Made by a program: the position numbers and the translations under genes. A DNA stretch of 64,000 bases from a virus (taxonomy: Duplodnaviria; Caudoviricetes), in IMG/VR virus record IMGVR_UViG_2595698399_000001, positions 8,535 through 72,534 of that record. One strand, written 5' to 3'. The notes beneath the pieces are model-generated. The model was not told the DNA's origin. It worked only from the letters and a program-made list of their open reading frames with translations, and did not search any database. Shown here piece after piece: positions 1 to 9,958 of the stretch. The number at the start of each line of letters is the position of its first letter. Position 1 is the stretch's first letter.

Positions 1-843
1 ACCTGCGTTATTAAGTGCTTTAAAGTTTGCGAACGAATCGTCTACGAACACTTCAATACCTTCTCTCTTGGCAATATCTACTTTAGAAACCCCCGGACGA
101 ACTGTGTATACAGGTCTAGCAGGGAATCCATGCATGTCTAACCATCTCTCTGTAATCTTAGAGTCGATCGGCCTAGAGGTTATGTAACAATGTACATCAA
201 AGCTTATATCCTTAGGGTCTACTAAAGGTTTAATATCCATGAAGAAAGAGTTCAATACTCCGTCTGACTCCATTTTACTAAAGATATCCATTAACTCCCT
301 ATCGAAGTACCAATCTTTTGGGTGTGCATCTGAACCCCTTAATTCAGTCCAAGCTCCTAGCCAATCGGCTAGTACTTCATCTATATCCAATCCTATCTTA
401 ACGTTCTCCAAGTATCCATGGGCCCTGTCATCCCCTTGTGGATAAATCTTGTAGTATGCCGATAAGAAGTGGGCGTTGCATTGTAAGTGATTTATGTGAA
501 GCTCTCCCGTTTCTGGGTCGTAGTCCTCTCCATTCTTAAATGCTGCCCAATGTCGATCTAGAGACTGAATTACATCGCTCCATTTCATACCCCTTTCCCA
601 ATTCCTAGGGGCATACTTCTCTGCTCCCTTAGTTAGAACTTTTACTAACCCCTCGGTTGCAACTGGATGCTGTAGGTCGTACCTCAATTTTCCACTGTTG
701 TACCTGAGGCCTCCTCCCTTTCCCTCAGAAGCAGTTCTAGCTACTTTTTCTGCATCTTCTTGAGGCTTTACTATAGTTATTTCCAAACCTTCAAAAAGGT
801 CGTCTTCCATCATGTCTTCAAATTTCTTTACGCTATCTCCCAT
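1..843 (-). CDS. dATP/dGTP diphosphohydrolase-like (DUF5664-type) domain fused to HAD-family nucleotidase; runs off window start
   Basis: Manual translation from ATG at 843: GGGLRYNSGKLRYDL...GAEKYAPRNWERG...SLDRH...GEDYDPETGELHINHLQCN, then KIGLDIDEVLAD (HAD DxD), YITSRP and VFVDD. Open to position 1; absent from the ORF track. Confidence 0.75.
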   Translation of the reverse strand, partial: MGDSVKKFEDMMEDDLFEGLEITIVKPQEDAEKVARTASEGKGGGLRYNSGKLRYDLQHPVATEGLVKVLTKGAEKYAPRNWERGMKWSDVIQSLDRHWAAFKNGEDYDPETGELHINHLQCNAHFLSAYYKIYPQGDDRAHGYLENVKIGLDIDEVLADWLGAWTELRGSDAHPKDWYFDRELMDIFSKMESDGVLNSFFMDIKPLVDPKDISFDVHCYITSRPIDSKITERWLDMHGFPARPVYTVRPGVSKVDIAKREGIEVFVDDSFANFKALNNAG

Positions 844-849
844 ATTATC

Positions 850-999
850 TTATTTAATTTTATTCCTCTTTTTAATTTCGTTTATCCTAGATTTCATCTC
901 CTTATCTTCTCCTTTACTTCTTAAGTACATAGACGATACTTCAAAAGCTTCGTTGTATGATTCTAAGTAACCTATAAGCGTCTTAATGTCATCTTTCAT
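850..999 (-). CDS. small hypothetical protein (49 aa)
   Basis: MKDDIKTLIGYLESYNEAFEV...; fills the gap between co-oriented genes. Confidence 0.5.
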   Translation of the reverse strand: MKDDIKTLIGYLESYNEAFEVSSMYLRSKGEDKEMKSRINEIKKRNKIK

Positions 1000-1010
1000 A
1001 TTTAATATTT

Positions 1011-2903
1011 TTAAAATGGTCTTACTATTGGTTTAAAGTCATCTCCGAACGCATCCTCTGCAGTCTTCTTAGGTATAGTCTTCTCCTCAGTAACAATTCC
1101 TTGTTTCTTTAAAGACTCATACATGGGGTTTCTATTGGAGCTATCGAAGTAGCCTCTGAATCCATCTACAGTCTTGTAAGATAGAGCTGTAGACTCGCTA
1201 GCAGGTGTTATACTACCTCCTGTATCATAATCTTTTATCTTTGCAGACCTTATATCCATCATCCTCTTTAAGGCGTCTACTTTATGGTTTGTTATCCTAT
1301 GATACACTAAGAATCCGTCGCATCTGTTAGCAAACATATTTCCTCCGATTGCATCGTAGTGGTATGGAGCTTTTAGATATCCGTCTTGGTCTCTAGGTGC
1401 TCTAGCCGCCTCCGTGTTAGGGTGGACAGACATGAATACCGCCATAACTTTCTTACTGTAAATATTAAGCCTTGAAAGAAGGTCGTCGTTATAGTTGTAA
1501 GTGTTTGCAGCAGGTTTCTTAAAGTATGAGAAAGGGTCGATAAATAGTCCATCTAAATTGTGGAACTTATTTAAAACCTCTGCCCTCTTAAGAATATCCT
1601 CTACTGAGAAAAACTCTTCGTTTTTAAAGATAAAGAAGTGAGAGTACATGAAGTCTTTAAACACTTGCAATTCCTTGTCTCTACCTTTATAGTAAGAAAT
1701 TTGCTTACCGCAAAGGGCCTCTAAAAGGTACCTTTTTACTGTACCCACATCATTTTCTCCGCAACATATAGCAAACTTCTTACCGTAAAGGACAGATAGG
1801 CCTACTAATTTGTGAAGAACCATGAACGTCTTCCCTACACCTTCAAAGGCGAGTATAAAGTTTAGGGTCTTCTCTTTAAATACGTAGTACGGATCTAAGT
1901 CAGGCCAACCGAAAGATAATCCTAGTGGAATATCACCCGATATGTATTGGTCTAACTTTTCTTCGTCTTCGCCTGCCCAAGATATAAAGGATAAGTCGCT
2001 GTAATCAGTATCGTCGTCTTCCTCGTCTTCTTTAGGTAGGTCTACACCATACCCCATTTTACGTAGTTGTCTGTAACCTTTAGCAAAATCTCCGTCTGCA
2101 TTTATAATAGAATAGATTGCAGAATTACTGTAAGGTTTCTCTGTATCGAATCCGGTAGAGGTTGAGAATACGTAAAGGAAATTGCCATCTAAGTTGTAAG
2201 TGGCAGACACACCATATCTTTGTTTGTCCGGCCTCCTTAGGTAGACCCAGTTTGCATCCTCTCTTAATACTTCCCAACCTGCTTCTTCAAGTATGTCTAG
2301 CCCTATGTCAGGGTCTTCGTTGTACTTTGGGAAGGGGTCTTTAAATTCTCCATCACCGTAAAAGGTTTTCTTTTCTCTAATCCTTTCGTCGTATGTCTTA
2401 CAAGTAGTTATAAGTACATTTCTTTCGTAGTTCTCTATAAACTGTATGTCTAGAATATCTCCGTAGATAATCTCGTAACCCTCAGACGGATAGCATTTAA
2501 TATATCCTCCCTGTCCTCTAGTCTCCATTATGACATCTTTATTTGCCTTAGATGCCAATTTCTGATTGCCTTCTACTACGGAAGTTCTATACATTAAGTG
2601 GTAGCCGCCACTCTTAGTCTTAGCTACTACTAATTTTCTTAATATGTTATCAGGTATCTTAGACTTCCAATCTTCCCAAACCTCGTCTTGATTCTCTAAG
2701 ACATCTAAATCCATATCTAGCACCTCAAGTCCTCCTGATACTGAACCCGTACAAATCCCAATCTCTTGGAAGTCGAACTCTGATAAGTCTTCTCCTATTG
2801 GGAGGCCCCAACCTGATATGTTAGGTATTTTATCTCCTTTATTTAGCGGCACGGGGTTTAGGCCCGCTTTTAAGTAAGACTCTGCTGTTTCTCTGTACGC
2901 CAT
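1011..2903 (-). CDS. Prim-Pol primase fused to DnaB-like helicase
   Basis: N-terminal PVPLNKGDKIP, LEVLDMD, KTKSGGYH, ETRGQGGY; C-terminal Walker A AFEGVGKT, LFIDPF, SVHP, IGGNMFANRCD. Confidence 0.85.
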   Translation of the reverse strand: MAYRETAESYLKAGLNPVPLNKGDKIPNISGWGLPIGEDLSEFDFQEIGICTGSVSGGLEVLDMDLDVLENQDEVWEDWKSKIPDNILRKLVVAKTKSGGYHLMYRTSVVEGNQKLASKANKDVIMETRGQGGYIKCYPSEGYEIIYGDILDIQFIENYERNVLITTCKTYDERIREKKTFYGDGEFKDPFPKYNEDPDIGLDILEEAGWEVLREDANWVYLRRPDKQRYGVSATYNLDGNFLYVFSTSTGFDTEKPYSNSAIYSIINADGDFAKGYRQLRKMGYGVDLPKEDEEDDDTDYSDLSFISWAGEDEEKLDQYISGDIPLGLSFGWPDLDPYYVFKEKTLNFILAFEGVGKTFMVLHKLVGLSVLYGKKFAICCGENDVGTVKRYLLEALCGKQISYYKGRDKELQVFKDFMYSHFFIFKNEEFFSVEDILKRAEVLNKFHNLDGLFIDPFSYFKKPAANTYNYNDDLLSRLNIYSKKVMAVFMSVHPNTEAARAPRDQDGYLKAPYHYDAIGGNMFANRCDGFLVYHRITNHKVDALKRMMDIRSAKIKDYDTGGSITPASESTALSYKTVDGFRGYFDSSNRNPMYESLKKQGIVTEEKTIPKKTAEDAFGDDFKPIVRPF

Positions 2904-2929
2904 ATTTGTTTTTTTGATAGTTTTATTTA

Positions 2930-3418
2930 TTATAGAATAATTGATACATCCTCTCTCCCGATTAATTCAGACTCCGATACAACTGGACTTGAAGGGTCTA
3001 CTTTTAAGAACCTTCTAAGTTGGATAGAGTAGACAAACACCTCTGAACTAGCCTCAGAACATGGAATAGCCCAGTTATTCCTACTCCCGTAAAATTTAAC
3101 TTCCTCTAAATTATATTGGTGAGCTTCATTCGGGTCTAGTGTAGTTCCTTGATAAGGGCTTTTATAAAAAACTCCGTTTGGTGGGTTGTATATTAAAAAC
3201 TTTGTGTTTGATGCATATAATTTACTCTCTTTAACTAAGTCATGACCCTTAAGGTCAATATAATCAAGGGGCACTGGTACTACTCTCCCACTTAACTCAC
3301 TCATTGCATCTGCTACATCTTTAGCTTCATAAACTTTTGCTTGCATTTTAAATGGAACTAGTATACCATCGTCTCCTATAAACAAACTTTTATTGTATAT
3401 TTTTATATAGAACTTCAT
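2930..3418 (-). CDS. hypothetical protein, tandem paralog A
   Basis: 162 aa; similar to 3446..3934 (MKFYIK start; RFLKVD...SESELIGRED.S..L end). Confidence 0.75.
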   Translation of the reverse strand: MKFYIKIYNKSLFIGDDGILVPFKMQAKVYEAKDVADAMSELSGRVVPVPLDYIDLKGHDLVKESKLYASNTKFLIYNPPNGVFYKSPYQGTTLDPNEAHQYNLEEVKFYGSRNNWAIPCSEASSEVFVYSIQLRRFLKVDPSSPVVSESELIGREDVSIIL

Positions 3419-3445
3419 AATTACTTTTTTTGATAGTGTTAATTA

Positions 3446-3934
3446 TTATAGAATAACTGATATATCCTCTCTCCCGATTAATTCAGACTCCGATATATTT
3501 GGAATCGAAGTGTCTACTTTTAAGAACCTCTTAAGTCTTTCGGAGTATATAAATAAATCTGAAATAGGGTCAGAGCATGGAATAAACCACATACTTGACC
3601 CCGAGAAATAATCGACCCCTTTAAGATCGTACTTGTAGGCTAACTCAGGGTTTTGTGTAGTTCCCTCACAAGGCGCTCTATAAAAAAGCCCCGAATGGGG
3701 GTAGTATATCAAGCACTTTGAATCTTTTGGATACGGGATAGAAAGGTCACTTAAGCTTACATCGCCGGGTTCTAAGTAGTTAACAGGAGATGCTACCACG
3801 GGGTTATTTAATTCAGATATTACTTTATATACGTCCTCTGATTCGTAGATATTTGCCCCTTCCTTGGTTGGTAAAAACACTCCGTTCTCACCTAAGTACC
3901 TATCTCCGTAATTTTCTTTTATGTAAAACTTCAT
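3446..3934 (-). CDS. hypothetical protein, tandem paralog B
   Basis: 162 aa; paralog of 2930..3418. Confidence 0.75.
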   Translation of the reverse strand: MKFYIKENYGDRYLGENGVFLPTKEGANIYESEDVYKVISELNNPVVASPVNYLEPGDVSLSDLSIPYPKDSKCLIYYPHSGLFYRAPCEGTTQNPELAYKYDLKGVDYFSGSSMWFIPCSDPISDLFIYSERLKRFLKVDTSIPNISESELIGREDISVIL

Positions 3935-3936
3935 AG

Positions 3937-4668
3937 TTATTTTTTTGATTTTTCAAACTCTCTTCTAAGAAGCTCGGCCATAATATAATTACTATGCGTA
4001 GGTATTCCATCCCTCCAACCTTTTGGAGAAACTCTTGTACCATCGTCCGTGGTTATGAAGAAATATTCATACCCTTTAGGAGCTCCATCTACGGCCTCTA
4101 ACTTGTTTTCCTCTCGACACCATACTTTTTCTAGCGTGAGTTTCCAACTTCTTATTTTCTTATTATTTTTATTATACCAGTCATTACTGGCGTAGTAGTC
4201 AACGAAAGTCTTTCCGTTTACTATGTAGCCTTTTTCCAATGCGTATTGTGTAGCTTCCTCAGGTGTTGGAGGTGTAAACGCTAATGGTGGCTTGAAGTCA
4301 TCTTCTGTGTAGATCTCTAATAGTTCATCCCTATATCGAGAGGCCTTCCCCTCTTCTATAGCCTTACGGATGTTAAGTTTTGATTTAGATAGCGATAAGA
4401 AATGTTCTTTTATTATAAAAACGTTAAATAAACCATCTTTGAAATGAACTAAATACCCACTCTCTTTTAATTCTTCTATACTCTCTTCTATTTCAACTTT
4501 GCCAGTAATCCCTATGTTTAAGTCTGTATTTAAAGACTCGTCTCTCAAAACCAACACTCCTAGAGTGCTTATTTGAGGTTGGGTTACTAAGTAAACATAC
4601 AAGAGTTTAGAATGGGCAGACAACGTAGAAAAATACGCATCCGCCCATAATTTACCTATTGGTACCAT
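3937..4668 (-). CDS. putative replication initiator-like protein
   Basis: N-terminal LWAD..F..LS...KLLYVYL and C-terminal FTPPT.EE...FVDYYASNDW...SWK, typical of phage replication proteins; sits in the replication block. Confidence 0.55.
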   Translation of the reverse strand: MVPIGKLWADAYFSTLSAHSKLLYVYLVTQPQISTLGVLVLRDESLNTDLNIGITGKVEIEESIEELKESGYLVHFKDGLFNVFIIKEHFLSLSKSKLNIRKAIEEGKASRYRDELLEIYTEDDFKPPLAFTPPTPEEATQYALEKGYIVNGKTFVDYYASNDWYNKNNKKIRSWKLTLEKVWCREENKLEAVDGAPKGYEYFFITTDDGTRVSPKGWRDGIPTHSNYIMAELLRREFEKSKK

Positions 4669-4676
4669 CTATATCC

Positions 4677-5417
4677 TTAGAATGGTTTATTGCTCTTTGG
4701 TTTGTCCTCTTTAGCGTCAGTAGCCTTGGCCCTTTTCTTACGCTCAGGCTTAGCCTTTACTTCCTCTTTAGGAGTAGAGTCTTTATCTCCTGCATCCTCA
4801 GAAGGTGCGCCATCTTTAAAGTTTTCTTTGATGAAGTCAACTAAGTGGTCATAGATGAAAGTTTCTTGCTCTGAGTAATCCCACTCTGTAAGACGTCCTT
4901 TTTTCTTTTGGACTGGCTCAGGCATCTCGTCATAAGTAAGGAAGTAATCTACCTTCTCATCATCTTGATACATTTTTACACCGCTTCTAGAGGATTTTCC
5001 GGTCTCTTCTGCAGTCATGTTCCATAGACCAAAGTCCACTTCCTTGGTTAAATCTAAATTACCGATTCTTCTAATGAAATCTTTAGAAGTTCTACTGAAC
5101 ACATCCCCAAGTGAGATAACATATTTGTCATCTACGTCAGTCATGCTAACCTCTACCATATCGCCCCAATCAGCTTCGTTGATAGAAATTCCGGTAATCT
5201 TAGCCTCTAAGTTTCTTAAGATGTAGTAATATACTACCTGACCTTCGTTCTTACCTTTAGTCTTCTTTCTTTCAAGAATATCTTCCGGATTAAGGCCTAA
5301 AGACTCTAACTTTGAGGTTAACTTCGCCTCATCGGTGTTCTCTAATACTAATTCGCTTGCGTAAACTCCTACGTAAGTCGTGTTTGAAGCTCCCGCTCCC
5401 CTTGTGTTAATCGCCAT
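4677..5417 (-). CDS. putative single-stranded DNA-binding protein
   Basis: Charged flexible C-tail ending KPF; replication-gene context. Confidence 0.45.
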   Translation of the reverse strand: MAINTRGAGASNTTYVGVYASELVLENTDEAKLTSKLESLGLNPEDILERKKTKGKNEGQVVYYYILRNLEAKITGISINEADWGDMVEVSMTDVDDKYVISLGDVFSRTSKDFIRRIGNLDLTKEVDFGLWNMTAEETGKSSRSGVKMYQDDEKVDYFLTYDEMPEPVQKKKGRLTEWDYSEQETFIYDHLVDFIKENFKDGAPSEDAGDKDSTPKEEVKAKPERKKRAKATDAKEDKPKSNKPF

Positions 5418-5429
5418 ATTTAATTGAAT

Positions 5430-5942
5430 TTAATTGTTATATGATTTTATTCTGCTTTCGTAATACTCGAAGTCTGAACTTAAAGACTCTTTATTTTCTT
5501 TAAGCAGTCTCCTTTTCTTCTCATACAGTTTTTTAGACCTTTCGTATGATTTAATAAGCTTGTCTGTGTTAGACCCCTGCTTCTGGATCCCCTTTTTCAT
5601 ATTTGAATACGCTAAGGTGGCCTGAACTGTCCAATAATTAATCTCTGTATCAATAGTTATTATTTGCCTGTTTATACTGGTAAGCTTATCTTGGTCATTA
5701 TGAACCATAACCATTAGCAAAGTCTTTACAAAACCTAATCTTAGAATATTCTCTGTAATCTTAGGATCTACTTCGTCGTAGTAGTCGCTAAATCTGACAT
5801 CCTTCCAACCGTACTCCCCATTATGTCTCTTTGATATTTTGAAGCCCTTATAAATATAGGCTAAATGGTCACCAAAATCAAACGGCTTTTTTTGCAGCTC
5901 TGATTCTGCCATTTTGTAAATCCTTTTATAAGTATCTTGCAT
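5430..5942 (-). CDS. hypothetical protein
   Basis: 170 aa ORF downstream of a promoter. Confidence 0.7.
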   Translation of the reverse strand: MQDTYKRIYKMAESELQKKPFDFGDHLAYIYKGFKISKRHNGEYGWKDVRFSDYYDEVDPKITENILRLGFVKTLLMVMVHNDQDKLTSINRQIITIDTEINYWTVQATLAYSNMKKGIQKQGSNTDKLIKSYERSKKLYEKKRRLLKENKESLSSDFEYYESRIKSYNN

Positions 5943-5962
5943 ATTTGTAATTTATATATTAG

Positions 5963-5994
5963 CAAATATAGCGAAACTAAATGGAAATTCCAAA
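5963..5994 (-). promoter_or_regulatory. Bacteroidota sigma70-type promoter for the replication block
   Basis: Minus strand TTTG (5994-5991), 20-nt spacer, TATATTTG (5970-5963); matches the -33/-7 consensus. Confidence 0.65.
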
Positions 5995-5996
5995 TC

Positions 5997-6371
5997 TTAC
6001 GGTACTATTCTAGATAGCTCTACAGTCTCATCTTTTAAACCCTTTACTACTTTTACTCTAAGAGCGTCTACCTTATCTAGTAACTCCTTTACTTTAGATT
6101 CTATCCTATTTACGGTAACCTTAACCATTTTATCCGCTATAGCTTCGTTTACTGATAGTAGTATTATATTTCCGTTTTGTATCAACTCTACGACCCTGCC
6201 TCCGACTGTTATACAACAACCTTCGGACTCATTTAGGATTATGTACTTGTTTATACCTTTTTGGAAAATCTTACTACCATTTTTGTTTATTATCCTTAGA
6301 AACTTTTTGTATATCTCAAAGTCTGACTCTGTTTGGCCCGACCTGAAAATCTTTTCTATCTGCTCTTTCAT
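5997..6371 (-). CDS. hypothetical protein
   Basis: 124 aa ORF in operon. Confidence 0.65.
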   Translation of the reverse strand: MKEQIEKIFRSGQTESDFEIYKKFLRIINKNGSKIFQKGINKYIILNESEGCCITVGGRVVELIQNGNIILLSVNEAIADKMVKVTVNRIESKVKELLDKVDALRVKVVKGLKDETVELSRIVP

Positions 6372-6392
6372 ATCCTGTATTTTTGATAGTGT

Positions 6393-7124
6393 TTATCCCC
6401 TTCCTTTAGAATCCGGATAGAGGTCTTTACTTCTATCTGATAACCAAAACTCTCTGGTGTTCATATCCATTATACAAAGTTGTCCGTTCCAACCTGCTCC
6501 GGTGTCCATGTTACATAAATTACCCACCCAAAAAGGTTCTCCTTTGTCATGTGAAGTGTGGCCAATGTATACCTCCTTGAATTGCTTAAGTGGTTTGAAG
6601 CTATCTAACTCCCTTCTATTTCTAAGAGATAGTGCAGATCTGTATAATTCTCTATCCCAATGGCATTCTCTGGATATAGAGCCTGCGTCAACTCTCAGGC
6701 TTGCTTGCCTTTCAAAATCTCCGTGGTGAGTATAATCCCAACCTGCGTGTACAAAGAGCCTATTTTCATCGTCTATATACCAATCTACTTGGTCTTCCCA
6801 AAACTTTACGTGCCTTTCGTCTTGTATTAATTTCTTATCTACGTAAGAGCGTACTGTAGCCTCTCCTCCTTGTTTAAGCCAATTGTTTGGGGCATCTTTA
6901 TACTTAATCCAATCGTGGCACCACACATCGTGATTACCTCTGATAGCCACTAAATTCTTTATACTTAGTAGTATTTCTACACACTCGGGAGTATCATCCC
7001 AACCGTCTGCAACATCTCCTAGCTGTATTAACTTATCTACATCTTTATCAAACCCCGACCTTTCCAAACATTGCTTTAAGGCTCTTGCAGATCCGTGGAT
7101 GTCTCCCATTACAAATACTCTCAT
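6393..7124 (-). CDS. calcineurin-like metallophosphoesterase (Ser/Thr phosphatase family)
   Basis: GDIHG, GDVAD, GNHD, VHAG, GHT, DTGAG motifs. Confidence 0.9.
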   Translation of the reverse strand: MRVFVMGDIHGSARALKQCLERSGFDKDVDKLIQLGDVADGWDDTPECVEILLSIKNLVAIRGNHDVWCHDWIKYKDAPNNWLKQGGEATVRSYVDKKLIQDERHVKFWEDQVDWYIDDENRLFVHAGWDYTHHGDFERQASLRVDAGSISRECHWDRELYRSALSLRNRRELDSFKPLKQFKEVYIGHTSHDKGEPFWVGNLCNMDTGAGWNGQLCIMDMNTREFWLSDRSKDLYPDSKGRG

Positions 7125-7143
7125 AATTTTTGTTTTTAATTAT

Positions 7144-7216
7144 TAGTGGAGGTGCCGGAGTTGAACCGGTATAGGCGCTTGTGAGGCCCCTGTTTTCCAC
7201 ATATGCATCTACCTCC
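7144..7216 (-). ncRNA. degenerate tRNA-like element (anticodon loop CTCACAA, CAC)
   Basis: GGAGGT...ACCTCC-A acceptor, CCGG-TTCAACT-CCGG T-arm, GGGGC/GCGCC anticodon stem; poor D-arm. Confidence 0.5.
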
Positions 7217-7228
7217 TTACCAAATTGA

Positions 7229-7579
7229 TTACTGGTTGTCTAAAACATCTTTCAAGAAGCTTATCTTATCTAAATGGTCTTGTAGATTTTGCTCTGCATC
7301 CGTTAAGTCGTTCTTAGCTGTTAGTAATACTGTAATGTAATCCTTTCTGTCTGAGATAGGGTTTCCAAAGTTTACTTTAGAGCCTTCTAAACGCTCTTTA
7401 CTCTTTGTTACCATGTCTTCAAAGTCTATTGTATCACCTTCGTAAGAAGAGATATGAGATTTTAAAGAGCTTTGCGCTTGCCTGTAAGCTTTTTCCGCTA
7501 ATACTGAATCGTCGTCTCCTTTTAAAAACGCTTTAAAACTCGTTAAGAAAGACTCTGTTGTTGTTTTTGTTTTGCTCAT
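7229..7579 (-). CDS. coiled-coil hypothetical protein
   Basis: 116 aa helical ORF, loosely resembling 20202..20474 and 21139..21429. Confidence 0.7.
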   Translation of the reverse strand: MSKTKTTTESFLTSFKAFLKGDDDSVLAEKAYRQAQSSLKSHISSYEGDTIDFEDMVTKSKERLEGSKVNFGNPISDRKDYITVLLTAKNDLTDAEQNLQDHLDKISFLKDVLDNQ

Positions 7580-7598
7580 AGTTGTATAATTTACTTAG

Positions 7599-8549
7599 TT
7601 AATATTTTAATTTTGATTTTCTAATTTTTTTAAGTTTGACGTCAGACGTCTCTATGCCTTTGTGGACTACGGTGGTAGGAGTTGTTGTGCTAGGGGTTTT
7701 TATAAATGACTTATCCGAACCCTTATAAAGCCCTTCAAAAGGATTTCCCTGTACCGTCACGCCTTTATCGCCTAATAAAACACCCCATTTTCCATTGCTG
7801 TGTATGAACCCTTTCTGGTTATACGTCCAAATATCTCCCTTACTATTGGATCTTATATCTCCGTTAGACTCAACTGTAACTCCTTCCATACCACTGAAAC
7901 CTCTAACAGGTCTGTATAATACGCCTTTTCCGTATATTTTTCTGGCTTTATCTAGATTAATGTCTAAGATCAAGGCTTCTATATCTTTTTCTGGATTATC
8001 TACTATATCTGACCATACTCCATCTTTGTAGATGAACCCTTTTTGACCCCCCACCCAAATATCTCCTCTACCATTAGACTTTATAATACCGCTAGAGATA
8101 CTTGTAAACTTACTTTCAGGGCCTTTAAACGGCCTGTATACCACTCCTTTTTTGTATAATCTCTTGGCTTTTTCTAAAATTTCTTCTTTAGCGACTTTAA
8201 CTAAACCCTCAAGAGTGGTGGTAGGTTTTGATCCTTTTACTACACCTGCAATATCTTTTCCTGTCTTCTCTTTACTGATACTGTACTGACTTAGTATAGC
8301 ACTTATTACAGATAGTACGTCTGCTTTTGAATCCTTGGTGCTAGTGTATACCGAAGACCAACTTATACCGTGGTCTAAAGACTTCATCCAATTTATTTTA
8401 GAGAATATTACTGAGGACAATGGTCTATCTAGTAAATTAGACATATCTACACCTTTATTAGTGTCTTTTACACAGAACTCCAATACGCTATAAGCGATTA
8501 AACTGTTTTCTAATACATCTCTTACTTTTATATCTATCCCTTTTTTCAT
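7599..8549 (-). CDS. hypothetical protein with two internal repeats
   Basis: L[ED]KA[KR]..Y.KGV.YRP...S.G.I.SN..GDIW...QKGFI...G.W present twice. Confidence 0.7.
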   Translation of the reverse strand: MKKGIDIKVRDVLENSLIAYSVLEFCVKDTNKGVDMSNLLDRPLSSVIFSKINWMKSLDHGISWSSVYTSTKDSKADVLSVISAILSQYSISKEKTGKDIAGVVKGSKPTTTLEGLVKVAKEEILEKAKRLYKKGVVYRPFKGPESKFTSISSGIIKSNGRGDIWVGGQKGFIYKDGVWSDIVDNPEKDIEALILDINLDKARKIYGKGVLYRPVRGFSGMEGVTVESNGDIRSNSKGDIWTYNQKGFIHSNGKWGVLLGDKGVTVQGNPFEGLYKGSDKSFIKTPSTTTPTTVVHKGIETSDVKLKKIRKSKLKY

Positions 8550-8560
8550 ACCTCTTTGTT

Positions 8561-8968
8561 TTATTGGTTAATAAAGTACTCTATTAGATAGAGCCTTGGT
8601 GCAATTAGAACCTTTAAAAGGCTGTACACTCCGTCAATCAAGCTGTAAAATGATAAAGGTGCTGCAATTGCTGTAAAAATACAAAGGAGGGCAAACATAG
8701 GGCCTCCTTTTTCGTAATACCTTCCCATAATCAGGCTGTCGTAGCGATTAGACTTCTCCTTCCTTCCTAATAAAATAAATATCTTGTATATTAGGAAAAG
8801 GTATAAGGATGAAAAAACTATCCCTAAAACTTCCGAGGCTATATGCCACCTATAAAACTCTTTCAACAGGATTGGTGCCTGCTCTATTACAAAGTCACCT
8901 GTAGACTCCGCCACCTCTATACCTTTCTTTACTAATTTTGCTAATTCTGAATCTAGATTATCTTCCAT
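8561..8968 (-). CDS. membrane protein
   Basis: Two hydrophobic segments; EQAP and APRLYLIEY motifs. Confidence 0.7.
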   Translation of the reverse strand: MEDNLDSELAKLVKKGIEVAESTGDFVIEQAPILLKEFYRWHIASEVLGIVFSSLYLFLIYKIFILLGRKEKSNRYDSLIMGRYYEKGGPMFALLCIFTAIAAPLSFYSLIDGVYSLLKVLIAPRLYLIEYFINQ

Positions 8969-8990
8969 ATAACTGCCTTATTTTTTCTGT

Positions 8991-9770
8991 TTATAAGTTT
9001 TCTTTAACCCAATTTTCTAATCTTACACATCTATCTACATCTCTTCCTTGATACCAAGTGCATAGGTGTTGAATATCGGATTTTAATACTTGCAACTCTG
9101 ACCTACTATAAGTCTTTTCTTCTACAAATTTAATTGTGATAGTGTTGTATACTAGGTCTACTTTAAGTTTATAAATATTATTTTCAGAAAAACTTGGAGT
9201 CCAGTATCCTAGCCCCTTATTTTTAAAGTTTAATCTAGTATTATATTCATCAAATTCATACTCAATTAACACCTCATCAATACCACCGAGCTCACAATAC
9301 TTCTTGATGAACTCTTGTGGTGGCGATGGTAAATATGCAGTTTGAACTTTATCTCCTTGACATATATCACACACCCTTTGTGTAGTGTACGTTCCAGAAA
9401 ATGTTGTTTCTCCTGTACCATTACATTGAAAACACTGCTTAGTTTTTATTAATGATGTATCAGTTGTAGCTATTATTTTAACTAATGAAAATATATTAGT
9501 TTTAATTTCATATTCTCCATTTGTAAAATGATAAGATTCTGAAGTTACCATTTGTACTTGAAGTATTTCTTTCTGATTATAGAGTACCCAATTACCCGCT
9601 TCAATATCCTCATCTACAGTTAGGTATAGATGTTGATTTGTATATTGCTTCTTTTCATTTGCTTCCTTGACATTATCATAATAGTATAAATTCTTACTGT
9701 TCATGTGTGCTATAATGCAGGTCTTTCCTTTTGTTGGCAACATCGCTACTCTACTCTTTCTATACTCCAT
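8991..9770 (-). CDS. hypothetical protein with DnaJ-like CxxCxG zinc motifs
   Basis: CFQCNGTG...CDICQGDK. Confidence 0.7.
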   Translation of the reverse strand: MEYRKSRVAMLPTKGKTCIIAHMNSKNLYYYDNVKEANEKKQYTNQHLYLTVDEDIEAGNWVLYNQKEILQVQMVTSESYHFTNGEYEIKTNIFSLVKIIATTDTSLIKTKQCFQCNGTGETTFSGTYTTQRVCDICQGDKVQTAYLPSPPQEFIKKYCELGGIDEVLIEYEFDEYNTRLNFKNKGLGYWTPSFSENNIYKLKVDLVYNTITIKFVEEKTYSRSELQVLKSDIQHLCTWYQGRDVDRCVRLENWVKENL

Positions 9771-9788
9771 GTTAGCAAATTTAATTTT

Positions 9789-9953
9789 TTAAAAATCTAT
9801 GTACTTAATATCTGGCAAAAGGCCAAGATAGACTACAGGCCGTTCATCGACCTCTTTAGTAATCATCTTTAGCCAGTGCCACTTACCTTCAATGCACTTA
9901 ACTGGGTGCCATGCAAACCATCTATAGCTGCTTATATATTTACTTCCGTTCAT
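9789..9953 (-). CDS. small hypothetical protein (54 aa)
   Basis: MNGSKYISSYRWFAWHPVKC...WHWLK; fills an intergenic gap. Confidence 0.55.
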   Translation of the reverse strand: MNGSKYISSYRWFAWHPVKCIEGKWHWLKMITKEVDERPVVYLGLLPDIKYIDF

Positions 9954-9958
9954 TTAAT

